From an uncultured Chloroflexia bacterium (GTDB taxonomy: Bacteria > Chloroflexota > Dehalococcoidia > Dehalococcoidales > RBG-16-60-22), in NCBI GenBank assembly GCA_963739395.1, contig CAVUAE010000001.1:948137-1012136 (forward strand): a stretch of DNA of 64,000 nt, read 5' to 3'. The notes beneath the pieces are model-generated. The model was not told the DNA's origin. It saw only the letters and a list, made by a program, of their open reading frames with translations, and did not search any database. Position numbers and translations under genes: made by a program. Of this stretch, positions 27,955 through 36,917 are shown one piece after another; within the stretch, counting starts at the first letter, position 1, and each line of letters begins with the position of its first letter.

Positions 27955-28509
27955 TTATTTAACGATATTGCTTATCTGCTTGAATTTATCCCCTTGCGCC
28001 ACCTTGAGCAGCTCGAACAACGCCATTTCCATAGTTGTTGGACTTATGCCTATGGACCCCAATTTAAAAAGCGTCGCTTTTTTATTTTCCGGGTCGCGGG
28101 AAGCAACACAGTCGCTAACGACCTGAACCTGATGGCCGGAACGAGCTAAAGCCATGGTTGTCTGGTAAACGCAAATGTGCGCCTCAATGCCAGCGATTAG
28201 CACCTGTTTACGCTTAAACGATTTCAGCGCCTGGTTAAACGCCACTTCGTCCGTGCAACTAAAACAGACTTTTTCTACCGGCTTAACTTCCGGTATTAAC
28301 TCTTTAATCTCCGGGATGGTTGGACCCAAGCCTTTGGGGTACTGTTCGGTAAGAACTATTGGTATCTCCAGCGCTTTCGCCCCTTTAATGAGTTTGGTAA
28401 CGTTTTGCAGGAGCTTGTCTTTATCGTGCATCACGGGGAAAAGCCGCTCCTGAAAATCAATGAGCAAAAGAACAGTATTAGCTACATCGAGCGCTGGTGG
28501 AATGGCCAT
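27955..28509 (-). CDS. Isochorismatase-family hydrolase
   Basis: LLLIDFQERL, TEQYPKGLGPT, EKVCFSC, GIEAHICVYQT. Confidence 0.9.
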   Translation of the reverse strand: MAIPPALDVANTVLLLIDFQERLFPVMHDKDKLLQNVTKLIKGAKALEIPIVLTEQYPKGLGPTIPEIKELIPEVKPVEKVCFSCTDEVAFNQALKSFKRKQVLIAGIEAHICVYQTTMALARSGHQVQVVSDCVASRDPENKKATLFKLGSIGISPTTMEMALFELLKVAQGDKFKQISNIVK

Positions 28510-28620
28510 AAATCGTTACCTCTTCAATCTAGGAATCTGAAAGTCAACCTTATAAGTATAAAAGCTGCCTTTCCGTCTGTCAAAAACAGACCGTAACAGC
28601 GACTAATCATGTAAGTCGTG

Positions 28621-29394
28621 TTAAACCGGCCTTAATGTCCCCGCAAAAACCTGCCAGGCTAAAGCCGACTTCGCGAAAAGGCTAAGCAGGATATATACCC
28701 GTTCGCCGAATAGGTATTCTCGCCAGGGTCCTACTTTCTTGTATTGCAGTGCCATATTAACGGCAAAGCAGAAAAAGAACACGAATAGTATCGGCAGGAT
28801 GGCGTAGACAAACTTTGGTGCGCCGCCGCTGGATTGAGCCAGCGACCCGAAGAAGTAAATGGCGATGGCTATCCACGGCGCTATGCCCGCGATGCATCCC
28901 ACTAAGAAAGAAGTCCAGTTAGTCTTTTGCGTTGTCTGGTTATGTACTTCCATCACCAGCCCGCACAGGTTCATCACGCCCGTCAGTGCGAAAGCCATGA
29001 TTAAAGCGCCCAGGTCATACAAGCCACATAACATGGCGATGAGCACGACCATTAATGAGGCGCTGAAAGCGTATTCATACCAGCGGGCGTAATTAATGCC
29101 CCTCTTAAGGTTATTAACGTACCACCCGAATACCCCGGGGGAAGAAATGGTGAAATGAGCAACGGCGGAGATAAATAGGAATACCGCTACCATTACCCCG
29201 AAGGGCAGGTTCACCAGGGTGTTAGTCTCCGGCCAGAGCTTGCCCATTGACTGATTGAAGGTTAAGAACGATGTGGTAATCGGCAGTGTGAAGTCATTAG
29301 ACAGGAGAATGATAAGCAGTCCCTGGACGAGATGCAGGAAACCCATGAAAATGTTCCAGATACGCAGCTTCTCATATTGCGGCTCGTAGACCAT
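28621..29394 (-). CDS. heR: Heliorhodopsin
   Basis: Seven hydrophobic helices with FLHLVQG, AVAHF, RWYEYAFSASLM and LSLFAKSALAWQVF (retinal-binding Lys). Confidence 0.93.
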   Translation of the reverse strand: MVYEPQYEKLRIWNIFMGFLHLVQGLLIILLSNDFTLPITTSFLTFNQSMGKLWPETNTLVNLPFGVMVAVFLFISAVAHFTISSPGVFGWYVNNLKRGINYARWYEYAFSASLMVVLIAMLCGLYDLGALIMAFALTGVMNLCGLVMEVHNQTTQKTNWTSFLVGCIAGIAPWIAIAIYFFGSLAQSSGGAPKFVYAILPILFVFFFCFAVNMALQYKKVGPWREYLFGERVYILLSLFAKSALAWQVFAGTLRPV

Positions 29395-29435
29395 CTTTAC
29401 CCTCCTTTTTTCACGACACTATTACCTTAACCCCA

Positions 29436-29465
29436 TAGTATATACTAAAAATTGACTTAGTCAAT
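29436..29465 (-). promoter_or_regulatory. Heliorhodopsin promoter with palindromic operator candidates
   Basis: ATTGACT-T-AGTCAAT (29451-29465) and TAGTATATACTA (29436-29447) overlap a TTGACT/TATACT promoter on the minus strand. Confidence 0.5.
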
Positions 29466-29553
29466 GCAAACAATCATGAATAATAGCTGAATTACCAAAA
29501 CTGAAGTGCAATTTATAGCTTGACTAAACATAAAAATATTTCTTTCAAAGCTA

Positions 29554-29582
29554 TTGCCAAACCTATGTGTTCGTTATATAAT
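29554..29582 (+). promoter_or_regulatory. sigma70-like promoter of zinc-ribbon gene
   Basis: TTGCCA-N17-TATAAT, about 110 nt upstream of the GTG start. Confidence 0.65.
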
Positions 29583-29644
29583 AGCGTCTAGTGGTTTTCT
29601 GTCTAGGTCGGATGCAATTGAATTTACTCTATCTTGACACAGTT

Positions 29645-29694
29645 ACGGATGGCCTTAGCTCTAACCAACTAACTTAAGAAAGGAGGTCATCCGT
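29645..29694 (+). promoter_or_regulatory. RBS/start-occluding leader hairpin (copy 1)
   Basis: ACGGATGGCC pairs with GGTCATCCGT; homologous structure at 61843-61889. Confidence 0.65.
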
Positions 29695-29986
29695 GGCTTT
29701 CGAGGATAAAACACTCACGTGTGCCGATTGCGGTGCCTCATTCACCTTTACTGCGGCTGAGCAGGAGTTTTTCCAGGGCAAGGGTTACACCAACGAACCT
29801 AAACGCTGCCCTGCCTGCCGTCAGAACAGGAAAGCCGAACGCATGGGTGGCGGTAAACCCCGCCAGATGTACCCAGCCGTTTGCGCCGAATGTCATAAAG
29901 AAACAGAAGTACCTTTTGAGCCCCGCGAAGGCAGACCGGTTTATTGTAGCGATTGTTTCAGTAAAATAAGAAATAATCGCAACTAA
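29693..29986 (+). CDS. Zinc-ribbon / CxxC-x17-CxxC domain protein
   Basis: CADCG..FTFTAAEQEFF..KG..NEPKRCPAC and CAEC...PFEP...RPVYCSDC. Confidence 0.9.
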   Translation: MAFEDKTLTCADCGASFTFTAAEQEFFQGKGYTNEPKRCPACRQNRKAERMGGGKPRQMYPAVCAECHKETEVPFEPREGRPVYCSDCFSKIRNNRN

Positions 29987-30004
29987 ACGTTCCTTTAACG
30001 GAAC

Positions 30005-30048
30005 AAAAACAGGCTGGTGAGGTTAATTTTCGCCAGCCTGTTTGTTTA
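30005..30048. terminator. Bidirectional terminator
   Basis: AAACAGGCTGGTGA...TCGCCAGCCTGTTT between convergent genes. Confidence 0.75.
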
Positions 30049-30063
30049 TTCCTCAACGACAGA

Positions 30064-30942
30064 TTACGGCGCTTGTTTCTTAATTTCTATCTTCACGCCA
30101 GTTTTTAAGTTATATTTCGAAGCGAAGGACGCCGAGTTTAGGGACAACTGTAAAGAATCCAGGCTGTTAATAAAAACCACCCCTTCGCCCACGGCGACGC
30201 TGCTATAAGTGGTGCCGAATTTCATCGTGACTTTATTATCATTAACTGTCACCTGTAGTGTATCTCCGACCGCGATTCCGGCTTTAGCACAATCGGCACT
30301 GGAGATATTGGTCAAGCAGCTGCCGAAATGATCGATAAAAGCCACCGAACCCTTTAATATATCACCAATAACTTCAGATTTTTGGATATCCAGCATGATT
30401 GGGTTACTCACTTCAGGTCCCACATCCTCAAGCGAACGTCCGGAAGCAATTAAAGCACCCACCCGCCCCAGGATATAGTGCGAAGACAGCATACTTTCCG
30501 GTCTATCATATAGTTCTTTGTTAGTAATAGAATAGACTTTTTTGATGCCCATATCGTTAATAACATTGGTAAGAAGCCCGTTATTAGCCGCCACGAATAT
30601 CTGGTCTTTATTAGTTAGCAGCACCAGATATTGGACATCCTGGCTAGCCGGAGAACCGACGCCCGCAACAAAGACCACATCGGACGAGAATTCCTTGGCG
30701 GTTAAGTCCAAAATATACGCCCCGGTGGCAACATCCATACCGGTTATACCATGAGTAGCGTCAATTATCTCAACATCCGGATAAGTGTTATAGATAATAC
30801 CTTTCAACCGCGGGACGCGATAATCATCATTACCGTAATCCGTCAGCAGCACCACCGGCATATTAGCTTTGGCTGATGGGGCACAACCGATGAAAGATAT
30901 AAATAACGCTACGATGAGAATCACCAATGCCAGCTTTTTCAT
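30064..30942 (-). CDS. SAM hydrolase/halogenase (DUF62) family protein with lipoprotein signal
   Basis: LLTDYG..D..V..LKG, IDATH, VAANNGLL, FIDHFGSCLTNI; N-terminal MKKLALVILIVALFISFIGC lipobox. Confidence 0.8.
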   Translation of the reverse strand: MKKLALVILIVALFISFIGCAPSAKANMPVVLLTDYGNDDYRVPRLKGIIYNTYPDVEIIDATHGITGMDVATGAYILDLTAKEFSSDVVFVAGVGSPASQDVQYLVLLTNKDQIFVAANNGLLTNVINDMGIKKVYSITNKELYDRPESMLSSHYILGRVGALIASGRSLEDVGPEVSNPIMLDIQKSEVIGDILKGSVAFIDHFGSCLTNISSADCAKAGIAVGDTLQVTVNDNKVTMKFGTTYSSVAVGEGVVFINSLDSLQLSLNSASFASKYNLKTGVKIEIKKQAP

Positions 30943-31001
30943 GATAGCCTCCTCTTTGAACGACCAAAAAACGATGAATATATAATCTAAGTTAAGGATG
31001 T

Positions 31002-31922
31002 TTAACTCTTATATAAATACAACGGCTTCTTATCGGTAATGACCCTGGTTTGCTTTTCCATCGCCTCGCGGATGTATTTGGGTAAAGCGAACATGCCGCG
31101 GTGGGTCTCGCCATCATAAAACTTCAAACTCTTTAGCGACATTGCTTTAATCCGCTTATCTACTTCAGCCGCTGTCAATGTAGCCGGATTATATTGAGAA
31201 GACGCCACACAAAATCCCCAAGGTCCACCGAAACAGGGTACGTAAGCGGTGCACTGCACTACTATTGGAAAAACGCTTTGTAAAGTTTTATTTACAGCGC
31301 TAAAATTCAAAAGTTCGGTTGGGTTAGCCGAACCAGCTTGGATGGAAATTAGTCCGCCATCGGTTAGTTTATCGCGAACTGTTCGATAAAATTCCTGCGT
31401 AAAAAGCATGGCGGCCGGACCCTTCTCTATCGGGTCGGGTAAATCTATAATAATAACATCAAATTTATCTTTTGATTTTTCTAAATACTTACGGGCGTCG
31501 ACATGATAAACCTCTGCCCGCTTATCTTCAAATGCTTTACCGGCATGACCCGGCAGGTATTTTTTACAAAGGGCAGTTACTTCGTCATCAATATCCACCA
31601 TTATCGCTTTTTTCACGGATTTGTGACGCAGCACTTCCCGCAAAGTCACTCCCTCCCCTCCCCCGGCGATAAATACCCTCTCCGGCTTTGGATGCGTGAC
31701 CATTGCCGGCTGCACCAGCGCCTCGTGATAGATAAATTCATCCCGCTCGCTGGACTGTATCTTGTTGTCCAGAATTAGGCATATCCCCAGCCTGCTGCTG
31801 CGTACTACCTGGACACTTTGATATTTCGTCCGCCCCTGATAAAGTACCTCTTCAAGGTGATGCAGCTGTAAAAAGTCCTCGTTGATTTTATCTTTAAACC
31901 ATTTATCTGGGTCTGTATCCAT
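31002..31922 (-). CDS. speE: Spermidine synthase
   Basis: LILDNKIQSSERDEFIYHE, AGGGEG, MVDID, FDVIIIDLPDP. Confidence 0.92.
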   Translation of the reverse strand: MDTDPDKWFKDKINEDFLQLHHLEEVLYQGRTKYQSVQVVRSSRLGICLILDNKIQSSERDEFIYHEALVQPAMVTHPKPERVFIAGGGEGVTLREVLRHKSVKKAIMVDIDDEVTALCKKYLPGHAGKAFEDKRAEVYHVDARKYLEKSKDKFDVIIIDLPDPIEKGPAAMLFTQEFYRTVRDKLTDGGLISIQAGSANPTELLNFSAVNKTLQSVFPIVVQCTAYVPCFGGPWGFCVASSQYNPATLTAAEVDKRIKAMSLKSLKFYDGETHRGMFALPKYIREAMEKQTRVITDKKPLYLYKS

Positions 31923-31935
31923 AAAAATCAATATT

Positions 31936-32292
31936 CTATACTGTTACCAGAATCCCCCTTTTTATCTCCGTCGACGTGTGATTCTTAGAACCCAGTTCCT
32001 CGATGAGTACATTGGCGGCAATTTCAGGATTAACGGTTGTACCGCAGGTAAAGACGTCTGCTGCGGCGTAACCATGTTCCGGCCAGGTATGGATGGAGAT
32101 GTGGCTCTCGGCGATGACTACCACCCCACTCACCCCTTGCGGACTGAACCGATGAAAAGACTCCCCCAGCACCGTTGCCCCGCAATCTACCGCCGCTTTC
32201 AGCATTATCTCCCGGATAAGGTCGACGCTGTTTAAAATCTCCTTATCACATCTATACAGTTCAACCAGTATGTGCCTTCCTAACGCATTCAA
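31936..32292 (-). CDS. speD: S-adenosylmethionine decarboxylase proenzyme
   Basis: GVSGVVVIAESHISIHTWPE self-cleavage motif. Confidence 0.95.
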   Translation of the reverse strand: MNALGRHILVELYRCDKEILNSVDLIREIMLKAAVDCGATVLGESFHRFSPQGVSGVVVIAESHISIHTWPEHGYAAADVFTCGTTVNPEIAANVLIEELGSKNHTSTEIKRGILVTV

Positions 32293-32518
32293 TCACCTGC
32301 CCCCCTTTAAGTACTTATTCCCGTATTTCCAAACGGCACGGGTTGCCGTGATAACACCAATTGTCTATTCCCAAACAAGACTTCACCAAATAAAAATTCC
32401 CAAGGTAATATATTACCACCCCAGGAACCCTCCCCTGCTTCTCTTTAGTAAGAAACCGGGGAACACCATTTAATACCGATGATGCCTAAGCCGGTATATT
32501 TATAAAGCCCCTTTCGTT

Positions 32519-33424
32519 TTAACCGAATACTTTTAAATCCAGGTTTTGTTTTATTGTATCGGCCAGTTTTGCCAGCTTGCCTACCTGATTTAACCTGTTT
32601 TTAGCTAATGCGTTATCGATTTTCGTCGCGATGTCGTTTATAGCAGTATTAGTTGTGATAATTGGTATGCCGCGGTTTTCTGCTCTTTGGCGGACTTGAT
32701 ATTCCGGTGTAGCATCGCCGCCGCTTAAAACGAGGCAAGTCATCGACGTTTCCAGCGCCGCCAGCTGCATGTCCAGTCGCTCCTGACGGATAATCGCGGC
32801 TTTGTTTTTCTTCCGCCCGAAATAGTCTAATCCCGAGTCCACCACCATCGCCCCCAGCATATAGTTTTCCACCAGTTCTCCGGACTTTTCGGTGTGGTTT
32901 AAAATCTTGCCACCGATGAAATCTGCTAGTTCGCCAACGGTAATGGCGAGGAGTATCCTGTTTTCGGGGATTATTCCCAATACCTTTATCTTTGCCGTCC
33001 CGTAAATTTTCGCCGCTTCTTCTTTAACGCGTTTTAATTGACTCTGCGGCACTTTATTGATAATTACACCGAGGAATTTATTACCGAATTTCTTATAGGT
33101 GTCGCCGTATTTCAGAATTTTCCCGCTATAATTCTCTACGGCAATAACTTTAGCCTTCATCGCGCGGATGGCATACTTGGTTTTGTTATTTAACATTGCT
33201 TCGACGAAAACGACACCCTTGCCTCTTTTAATATCAGCTTTCTCTTTGACAACATTAAGGTTAGATATCTTCTTCATGAAAGCGATGTCGTTATCGTTTT
33301 CGGTCGCCTGTGGTTTAAAGTAACTTACATTTTTCCCGCTGTTCAATAAGTTAATCGCCAGACCAGCGCTAATGGCGGTCTTACCGGCTTCTCTTTCCGC
33401 AGCGACGATATAAATGATTGCCAA
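32519..33424 (-). CDS. DRTGG-domain / BioD-like P-loop protein (Pta N-terminal-like)
   Basis: AGKTAISAGL, YFKPQ, GVIINKV, DRTGG-like C-terminal region. Confidence 0.78.
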   Translation of the reverse strand: MAIIYIVAAEREAGKTAISAGLAINLLNSGKNVSYFKPQATENDNDIAFMKKISNLNVVKEKADIKRGKGVVFVEAMLNNKTKYAIRAMKAKVIAVENYSGKILKYGDTYKKFGNKFLGVIINKVPQSQLKRVKEEAAKIYGTAKIKVLGIIPENRILLAITVGELADFIGGKILNHTEKSGELVENYMLGAMVVDSGLDYFGRKKNKAAIIRQERLDMQLAALETSMTCLVLSGGDATPEYQVRQRAENRGIPIITTNTAINDIATKIDNALAKNRLNQVGKLAKLADTIKQNLDLKVFG

Positions 33425-33517
33425 AATTTTTCTCCCGGCTATTTTAGATTTAAATAAACCAATATATTATAATCTTTTACGCAGTCTACGTAAAGAGGTA
33501 TAATTAGAAGATTTTAT

Positions 33518-34591
33518 ATGAAAGACATGATTTCCGTTATTATCCCGACTTATAACGAAAGGGATAATATCACGCCTCTTGTTGAAAGAATTCACAAAGC
33601 TCTTTCTGGTCATGACTATGAGATAGTTATCGTGGACGATAACAGCCGGGATGGCACCATTGAAATCGCCAAGGGTCTAGCGTCGCGTTATCCGGTTAAG
33701 CTATACATCCGCACCAAAGAAAGAGGACTTGCCACTGCCGTCATTCACGGCATTAAACAGGCATCCGGGAATATCATCGGCGTTATGGACGCGGATTTAC
33801 AGCACCCCCCGGAAGTCCTCCCTAATCTATATAAAGCTATTGAGAACGGAGCAGACATCGCAATTGCCAGCCGCTATGTTAAAGGCGGTGGCTGCCCCAA
33901 CTGGGGACTATCCCGCAGGATGATTTCCAAGGTTGCCTTAATGGTATCGCACATCCTTCTCCCCTCCTCCCGTCGGATCAAGGACACGATGTCTGGCTTT
34001 TTCATGTTTCGGCGGGAAAATGTCAACCCTGATAAATTAAAACCTATCGGTTATAAAATAGCCCTGGAAATTATGCTGGTGGGTTCTTTTAAAAACGTTG
34101 CTGAAGTTCCCTTTATCTTTGCAGAAAGAAGCGCCGGGCAGAGTAAACTTAATGCCCGCCAGCAGATTGATTACCTCAAGCATATTTTCAGTCTAATGTC
34201 ACGCACCGGTGAATTTATGAGGTTCGTTAAGTTCATCGGCGTCGGTATCAGCGGTACGCTGGTCAACCTCGGCGTCTTAAAGCTGGTTACCGTGTTCACG
34301 ACCTGGAATGATAAAGTGCAGCTGCTCCCGGGTATCGAAGTCGCCGTAATCACCAATTTTCTTTTAAATGATTTCTTTACTTTTGCTGACCGCCGTACCG
34401 GCAAAACAGCGTCCTTCTTCACGCGGATGTTGAAATATAACGTGCTCTCCCTCGTGGGGGCATTCATTAACTGGGGCATCGGCGCATTAATGGTCAATGC
34501 CGGCGTCAATATCTTCCTCGCAGACTTTGTCGGTATCCTTGTCGCTTTTCTGTGGAACTACTTTTTAAGTACGATATGGGCATGGAAATAA
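33518..34591 (+). CDS. Polyprenol-phosphate mannose synthase-like GT2 with GtrA domain
   Basis: IIPTYNE, IVDDNSRDGT, VMDADLQHPP, IAIASRY; C-terminal GtrA-like helices. Confidence 0.88.
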   Translation: MKDMISVIIPTYNERDNITPLVERIHKALSGHDYEIVIVDDNSRDGTIEIAKGLASRYPVKLYIRTKERGLATAVIHGIKQASGNIIGVMDADLQHPPEVLPNLYKAIENGADIAIASRYVKGGGCPNWGLSRRMISKVALMVSHILLPSSRRIKDTMSGFFMFRRENVNPDKLKPIGYKIALEIMLVGSFKNVAEVPFIFAERSAGQSKLNARQQIDYLKHIFSLMSRTGEFMRFVKFIGVGISGTLVNLGVLKLVTVFTTWNDKVQLLPGIEVAVITNFLLNDFFTFADRRTGKTASFFTRMLKYNVLSLVGAFINWGIGALMVNAGVNIFLADFVGILVAFLWNYFLSTIWAWK

Positions 34592-35790
34592 AAAGCAAAC
34601 TCAAACAGTTTTATAAGTGGGAATACTTCTGGCTTTGCTTAATTGTATTAGCCACTTTGATTATGCACTTCTGCATTATCACCAATCCTTCACAGGTTAT
34701 TTTTGATGAAGCCCATTATGTTAACGATGCCAGGAGTATCTCGACTAATGCGACCGATTTGCGACCGGAACACCCGCCGTTAGGCAAACTGATTATTACT
34801 GCCGGCACGCAGATTTTCGGCGATAACCCGTGGGGTTGGCGTGTCTTTCCCATTCTCTTCGGCACGGCTACCATCGTGCTTTTTTATTTCCTTTGCCGTC
34901 GCCTCGGTATGTCGCAAAACGCGTCTAATATCGCTACTTTCCTTCTCGCTTTCGAGAATATGACTTTTGTGCAAAATCACCTCGCTATGCTGGACGTCTT
35001 TTATCTTACTTTTATGATGGCGGCGTTCCTGCTTTATGCCTGTCGCAGATACATTAGCTCCGGCGTCTCTATCGGGCTAGCTGCCTTAGCCAAGCTCAAC
35101 GGCTTACTGGCTTTGCCGACACTGGTAATTCACTGGATTTTTACTCGCGAGCGCCGTTCCTATTGGTTTATGCTTACCATCATCTTCGCGATTATTTCCT
35201 TCTTAGAATTAATGATTTTATGTGATTATGCTATTACTCGCAATTTTTCTAACCTGGTAGACCCGATTCATCGAGTGATGGACATGTCACAATTAACCGG
35301 CGGCCTAACCTTTGCCACCGTCACCCACCCCGCCGCCACTCCTCCCTGGCAATGGATAATCGGCTATAAACCCATCGCTTACTGGTGGACGCCGCACTAT
35401 TACGGAGCCATCAGTTTTACTATCTGGGCGTTGACTATCCCCACCTTCGGTTACATGATATGGCAGGCAGTCAGGAAAAACGAAGCGGCGCTCTTCGGTG
35501 TTGCCTGGTACACCAGCACTTATATACTGTGGATACCTGCTACTCTCATCACCGACAGGGTCACCTATCCGTTTTACTATTATCCAGCTATTGGCGCCAC
35601 CTGCCTTGGTTTGGGTCTGGCACTCAATCAGGCGTTAGAATATTTCCGCAACGGCAGGATAACGTGGTTGAGAAGGACTTTACTGGTGCTTTTTATTGTT
35701 TTCCTTGTCGCCCACCTTTTATCTTTCATAATCCTCTCGCCCGTCGTGGGTGTAGATTTCGCCAAGCTAGTAGGCATTAACTTATATTAA
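34582..35790 (+). CDS. Protein O-mannosyltransferase-like (PMT/GT39) membrane glycosyltransferase
   Basis: IFDEAHYV, EHPPLGKLII, WGWR, AMLD and HP..TPPWQW motifs. Confidence 0.82.
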   Translation: MEIKSKLKQFYKWEYFWLCLIVLATLIMHFCIITNPSQVIFDEAHYVNDARSISTNATDLRPEHPPLGKLIITAGTQIFGDNPWGWRVFPILFGTATIVLFYFLCRRLGMSQNASNIATFLLAFENMTFVQNHLAMLDVFYLTFMMAAFLLYACRRYISSGVSIGLAALAKLNGLLALPTLVIHWIFTRERRSYWFMLTIIFAIISFLELMILCDYAITRNFSNLVDPIHRVMDMSQLTGGLTFATVTHPAATPPWQWIIGYKPIAYWWTPHYYGAISFTIWALTIPTFGYMIWQAVRKNEAALFGVAWYTSTYILWIPATLITDRVTYPFYYYPAIGATCLGLGLALNQALEYFRNGRITWLRRTLLVLFIVFLVAHLLSFIILSPVVGVDFAKLVGINLY

Positions 35791-35867
35791 TACCTAAGCG
35801 CTCTTGTATAATTCACTTTTCTTCGGTGCTATAATAATAATTACCTTAAGCTGGGAGAAACTGGATT

Positions 35868-36899
35868 ATGCATGAGGCTATGCTCTACGAAAAACTGCCG
35901 GACTCCAGAGTTAGGTGCAACACCTGTCAGTGGCGCTGCCAGATTAACCCTGGGAAGCACGGCGTCTGCGGCATGTATCAAAATAAAGGCGGCACCCTCT
36001 ACAACCTGAATTATGCCCTGGTTTCTTCCGCTGCTGCCGACCCCATCGAAAAAAAGCCCCTCTTCCACTTTTACCCCGGCACGTTGTGTTTCTCGCTCGG
36101 CACGCTGGGGTGCAACTTCCACTGCAAGCATTGTCAAAACTGGGAGATATCCACCGCCAACAGCACTTCGCTTAAACATACCTGCCGCGAAATTACCCCG
36201 GAAGTTGCGATTCAAGTTGCGCAACAGAGCGGCTGTAAAGGCATCGCCTGGACTTATAACGAGCCCACTATCTGGTTTGAATATACTCTGGATTCTGCCA
36301 AACTGGCAAAAAAGAATGGACTCTATACCGTTTATGTCACCAACGGCTACGCCACTCCGGAAACACTTGATACCATAGGACCCTACCTCGATGCCTGGCG
36401 CGTCGATATTAAAGGTTTCTCCGATGAGTTTTATAAAGAGTTATCCGGCATCCCGCACTGGCGCGAGATTCTCGAGGTTACTAAACGCGCGAAAGATAAA
36501 TGGAAGATGCATGTTGAGGTTATCACCAACATCGTCCCGACAATGAACGATGATGATAAACAGCTGGAGGAATTAGCGCGCTGGATATGCCGTGAATTGG
36601 GAGAGTTGACTCCCTGGCACGTGACCCGCTTTTACCCGCATCACCATTTGAGCCATCTGTCGTCGACGCCGCTGGAGACGATTGAACGCGCCGCGGAAAT
36701 CGGTAAAAAAGCCGGACTTAAGTTCGTCTATGCCGGTAATGTGCCCGGCCATGAAAGCGAAAACACCCATTGTTATAACTGCGGTAAGCTTATCGTTAAA
36801 AGGGTCGGCTATCAAACGGAAATATTAGGATTATCTGGTTCTAAATGTCGTTACTGCGGGGCAGACCTGAATTTCCGCCCCATCGATTCTCCTCCCTAA
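35868..36899 (+). CDS. amrS: AmmeMemoRadiSam system radical SAM enzyme
   Basis: DPIEKKPLFHFYPG, GCNFHCKHCQNWEIS, AWTYNEP. Confidence 0.93.
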   Translation: MHEAMLYEKLPDSRVRCNTCQWRCQINPGKHGVCGMYQNKGGTLYNLNYALVSSAAADPIEKKPLFHFYPGTLCFSLGTLGCNFHCKHCQNWEISTANSTSLKHTCREITPEVAIQVAQQSGCKGIAWTYNEPTIWFEYTLDSAKLAKKNGLYTVYVTNGYATPETLDTIGPYLDAWRVDIKGFSDEFYKELSGIPHWREILEVTKRAKDKWKMHVEVITNIVPTMNDDDKQLEELARWICRELGELTPWHVTRFYPHHHLSHLSSTPLETIERAAEIGKKAGLKFVYAGNVPGHESENTHCYNCGKLIVKRVGYQTEILGLSGSKCRYCGADLNFRPIDSPP

Positions 36900-36917
36900 C
36901 TTCAGAGGAGGTGCAAT

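Noticed and set aside
30064-30942. Calling this gene a chlorinase or fluorinase
   Set aside because: Family membership alone does not show halogenase activity, and the active-site segments are degenerate.
32293-32518. Canonical SAM-I riboswitch
   Set aside because: Only fragments match; P1 (AUC/GAU), the kink-turn and the pseudoknot cannot be built. Kept only as a low-confidence finding.
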